Origin: an uncultured Dehalococcoidaceae bacterium
GTDB lineage: Bacteria > Chloroflexota > Dehalococcoidia > Dehalococcoidales > RBG-16-60-22
Reading direction: 5' to 3'
NCBI GenBank assembly: GCA_964353385.1
Contig: CAYGVP010000001.1
Span: forward strand, 1 to 28,025
Length of the DNA: 28,025 bases
Positions 26,122 through 28,025 of the stretch are shown one piece after another (within the stretch, counting starts at the first letter, position 1; each line of letters starts with the position of its first letter). The translations under genes were made by a program, and so were the position numbers. Under the pieces are notes generated by a model. The model saw only the letters and a list, made by a program, of their open reading frames with translations. It did not search any database and was not told the DNA's origin.

Positions 26122-26367
26122 ATGATTCTGGTATGGGATAACATTAAATCCTTTCAGCGGCATCTTGAAGATATGAGGTCATTCCAAAACTCGCACATTC
26201 ACAACACACCGTTAGTGGACTTAAAAATGCTCAAGGATATGCCTATGCCGTTCGATGTCACAATACCCCGTGAAACAGGTCTCATTAAAAGCGTTTATGA
26301 TGCCAGAGGTAAATTGATACTCGTCCCTATATGGAGAGTTGACCTTTCTAGATGCTCACAGAATTAA
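26122..26367 (+). CDS. Small hypothetical protein (81 aa)
   Basis: ATG at 26122 after a GGGGGG SD-like run; open and co-oriented with the downstream receiver; no family recognised. Confidence 0.55.
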   Translation: MILVWDNIKSFQRHLEDMRSFQNSHIHNTPLVDLKMLKDMPMPFDVTIPRETGLIKSVYDARGKLILVPIWRVDLSRCSQN

Positions 26368-26383
26368 ACAGGTGATATAAGAA

Positions 26384-26806
26384 TTGGCGACTGGAAATGC
26401 GACTCTACCCGATGTTAAAGAACGCCAGCGTATCCTGGTAATAGACAATAACCAGGATATGTTGATGTTACTTAATCGCACGCTTGAACTAGAGGGCTTC
26501 GATACCGTTATCTCTGTTGATTACGATGAAGCATTGGCCATGCTGGATACAATCAATCCAGATATGGTCATCATGGATACCTATTTGCCGGATATCGATA
26601 GTTTGAGAATCCTGGATATCATTAGAGAACGTTCCAACGTACCTATCATTGTTATCACCGCGGATAACGAACTGGAGACGCTAAAGACAGTCTTCGCGCA
26701 CGGCGCCGATGATCTTATACGCAAGCCATTTGGGATAAAACCGTTTATAGCGAGGATAAAAGCTAAGCTAAGGCGCTACCGGAGAGAAATCCCCGCACCT
26801 TCTTGA
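26384..26806 (+). CDS. Stand-alone OmpR-type receiver domain
   Basis: ILVIDNN, MVIMD (phospho-Asp kept), VITA, GADDLIRKPF..FIARIKAKLRR; TTG start with SD AGGTGA; no DNA-binding domain. Confidence 0.88.
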   Translation: MATGNATLPDVKERQRILVIDNNQDMLMLLNRTLELEGFDTVISVDYDEALAMLDTINPDMVIMDTYLPDIDSLRILDIIRERSNVPIIVITADNELETLKTVFAHGADDLIRKPFGIKPFIARIKAKLRRYRREIPAPS

Positions 26807-27094
26807 TATGACAGCCGTCCACAATACCACGATATATTTTTTCAAGAAACGACTTACAGCTGATTAGCTTTGTAGTCGTTTTTCTATTTATGTAAAGTTA
26901 TTTCATGGTTATGTCAAACCCTACCTTTTTATTTAACTTTTAGCCTCACCCTCTTGCCCTTCAGGGTGAACCTTCACTTCGTGGTGACTCAGTGGAACCA
27001 GGATGAACCTTCAGGCTGAACCCCCTCTTACCGGATTTCTCCCCGACCCGATAAATAGTGTTAATGAGCCAGTAAACAATGCAAGACGGAGATA

Positions 27095-27139
27095 GAGATT
27101 GCCACGTCGTCCTTCTGAAGAAGGACTCCTCGCAATGAC
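27095..27139. repeat. REP/RPE-like short palindromic element
   Basis: GAGATTGCCACG...CTCGCAATGAC with inner hairpin GTCCTTC/GAAGGAC and outer ATTGC/GCAAT; its minus-strand reading gives the characteristic VIARS...RGNL. Confidence 0.7.
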
Positions 27140-27204
27140 ATCGTGGATAAAAAGCGAGGCTTGATTTTTTGTTTTAGATACTGTATATTGATAGGACAAT
27201 TGAA

Positions 27205-27340
27205 TATGGTAACAGGGGTTCTCTAACGCGAGTTGGAGACCAACTGGAAAGCAAGTCGGTGAGAAGCCGACGCGGCCGCGCCGCTGTGATTGGTTAGCCA
27301 GAGAAAAAACCATAAGCCAGAACGCCGACCCCTGGAAAGC
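27205..27340 (+). ncRNA. Cobalamin (AdoCbl) riboswitch
   Basis: P1 CAGGGGT (27213-27219)/ACCCCTG (27328-27334); GGAAAG..GTC-GGTGAGAAGCC-GAC-GCGGCC.CGCCGCTGTGA; AAGCCAGAACGCC; lies upstream of a BtuF-like gene. Confidence 0.9.
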
Positions 27341-27391
27341 CTACAGTACTTCGCGGGGAAGTGGTAGGAATTTTTATTAGGTTATTATCAT

Positions 27392-27427
27392 CCCCTCGGC
27401 TTATTGCAGGCGAGGGGTTTATTTTTT
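27392..27427 (+). terminator. Riboswitch-controlled intrinsic terminator
   Basis: CCCCTCG/CGAGGGG stem (27392-27398/27411-27417) followed by TTTATTTTTT, between the aptamer and the SD. Confidence 0.75.
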
Positions 27428-27439
27428 AGAGGAGGCCAG

Positions 27440-28025
27440 GTGAAAAACGCCTTAAAGAAAAGCGGCTTTATTTTATTAGGGGCTGCCCTGCTGGCAGGGG
27501 CATTGACAGCCTGCTCAACAGCTCCGACGGCGACAGCTTTAACCATTACCGACCAACTGGGAAGAACAGTAACGATAAATAACACTCACCCGCAGAGAAT
27601 AATATCGCTGGCGCCAAGCAATACGGAAATACTATTCGCACTGGGGCTGGGCGACCGCATTGTCGGCGTAACGACTTACTGCAACTACCCGCCCGAAGCA
27701 ACTACAAAGCCGAGCATCGGCGATTACAATACGCCTAACCTCGAGGAAATAGTAGTTAAAGAACCGGACCTAGTGCTGGCGACCGAGAACCACAAGACAT
27801 CTCTAATACCCCAACTGGAGGCTCAAGGGATTACGGTCGTCGGTTTGAATCCCAAAACAATCGATGAAGTTATGGGCTCTATTACGCTGGTGGGACAAAT
27901 CACAGGGCAGTACGATGAAGCCGCCAGCCTGGTAGCCGATATGCAAAAGCGAATAAACGCCATAAAGGATAAGACGAGCGCATTATCCGAAGCCAAGAGG
28001 CCGAGGGTTTTCTACATCATCTGGC
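27440..28025 (+). CDS. btuF: Cobalamin ABC transporter substrate-binding lipoprotein (3'-truncated)
   Basis: Absent from the ORF track (no stop in the window). GTG start after GAGGAGG: MKNALKKSGFILLGAALLAGALTAC (lipobox) ...ITDQLGRTVTI..PQRIISLAPSNTEILFALGLGDRIVGVT.YCNYP.EA..KP.IG...NLEEIV..EPDLVLA. Confidence 0.9.
   Translation, partial: MKNALKKSGFILLGAALLAGALTACSTAPTATALTITDQLGRTVTINNTHPQRIISLAPSNTEILFALGLGDRIVGVTTYCNYPPEATTKPSIGDYNTPNLEEIVVKEPDLVLATENHKTSLIPQLEAQGITVVGLNPKTIDEVMGSITLVGQITGQYDEAASLVADMQKRINAIKDKTSALSEAKRPRVFYIIW

Noticed and set aside
26870-26916. Possible fifth phased array (TTGTAG, ATGTAA, ATGTCA about 20 bp apart)
   Set aside because: Matches are too degenerate and no adjacent gene start fits.
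27011-27313. 100-aa minus-strand ORF
   Set aside because: It spans the riboswitch and REP-like element; its VIARS..RGNL segment is simply the translated repeat.
27388-27585. 65-aa minus-strand ORF
   Set aside because: Antisense to the btuF signal-peptide region.

Overview
A 28-kb bacterial chromosome segment, most consistent with a monoderm Dehalococcoidia-like Chloroflexota genome (inferred from gene content and remembered family resemblance; no search was run). The left end (1-6.2 kb) is mostly housekeeping: miaB 3' end, yajC, nadC, a small membrane protein with a Fur/Zur-family regulator, dtd, an FmdB zinc ribbon, tRNA-Glu(UUC), cinA, an atypical receiver and an MBL-fold hydrolase. From about 6.3 to 26.8 kb lies a co-oriented type IV pilus locus: major pilin, PilB, PilC, three minor pilins, PilO, a PilM-PilN fusion and PilT. 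PilQ, PilP and PilD are absent from the window. The locus is interleaved with an all-cytoplasmic signalling network: two stand-alone BldC/excisionase-like HTH genes, a 7-PAS kinase, an Rcp1-like receiver, a REC-4xPAS kinase, a CheY-like receiver, a histidine pseudokinase with a degenerate ATP-binding domain, an OmpR-family regulator and an orphan OmpR-type receiver. The most unusual items are (i) four promoters sharing helically phased TTGTGA direct repeats that end exactly 11 bp before a TAnnnT hexamer, (ii) a membrane/secreted protein with an N-terminal ubiquitin-like domain, (iii) a PilX-like pilin with an inserted ~7-blade 52-aa-repeat beta-propeller, (iv) the ChpT-like pseudokinase, and (v) a PilT with a substituted Asp-box glutamate. 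The right end holds a REP-like palindrome, a cobalamin riboswitch with terminator and the start of btuF.
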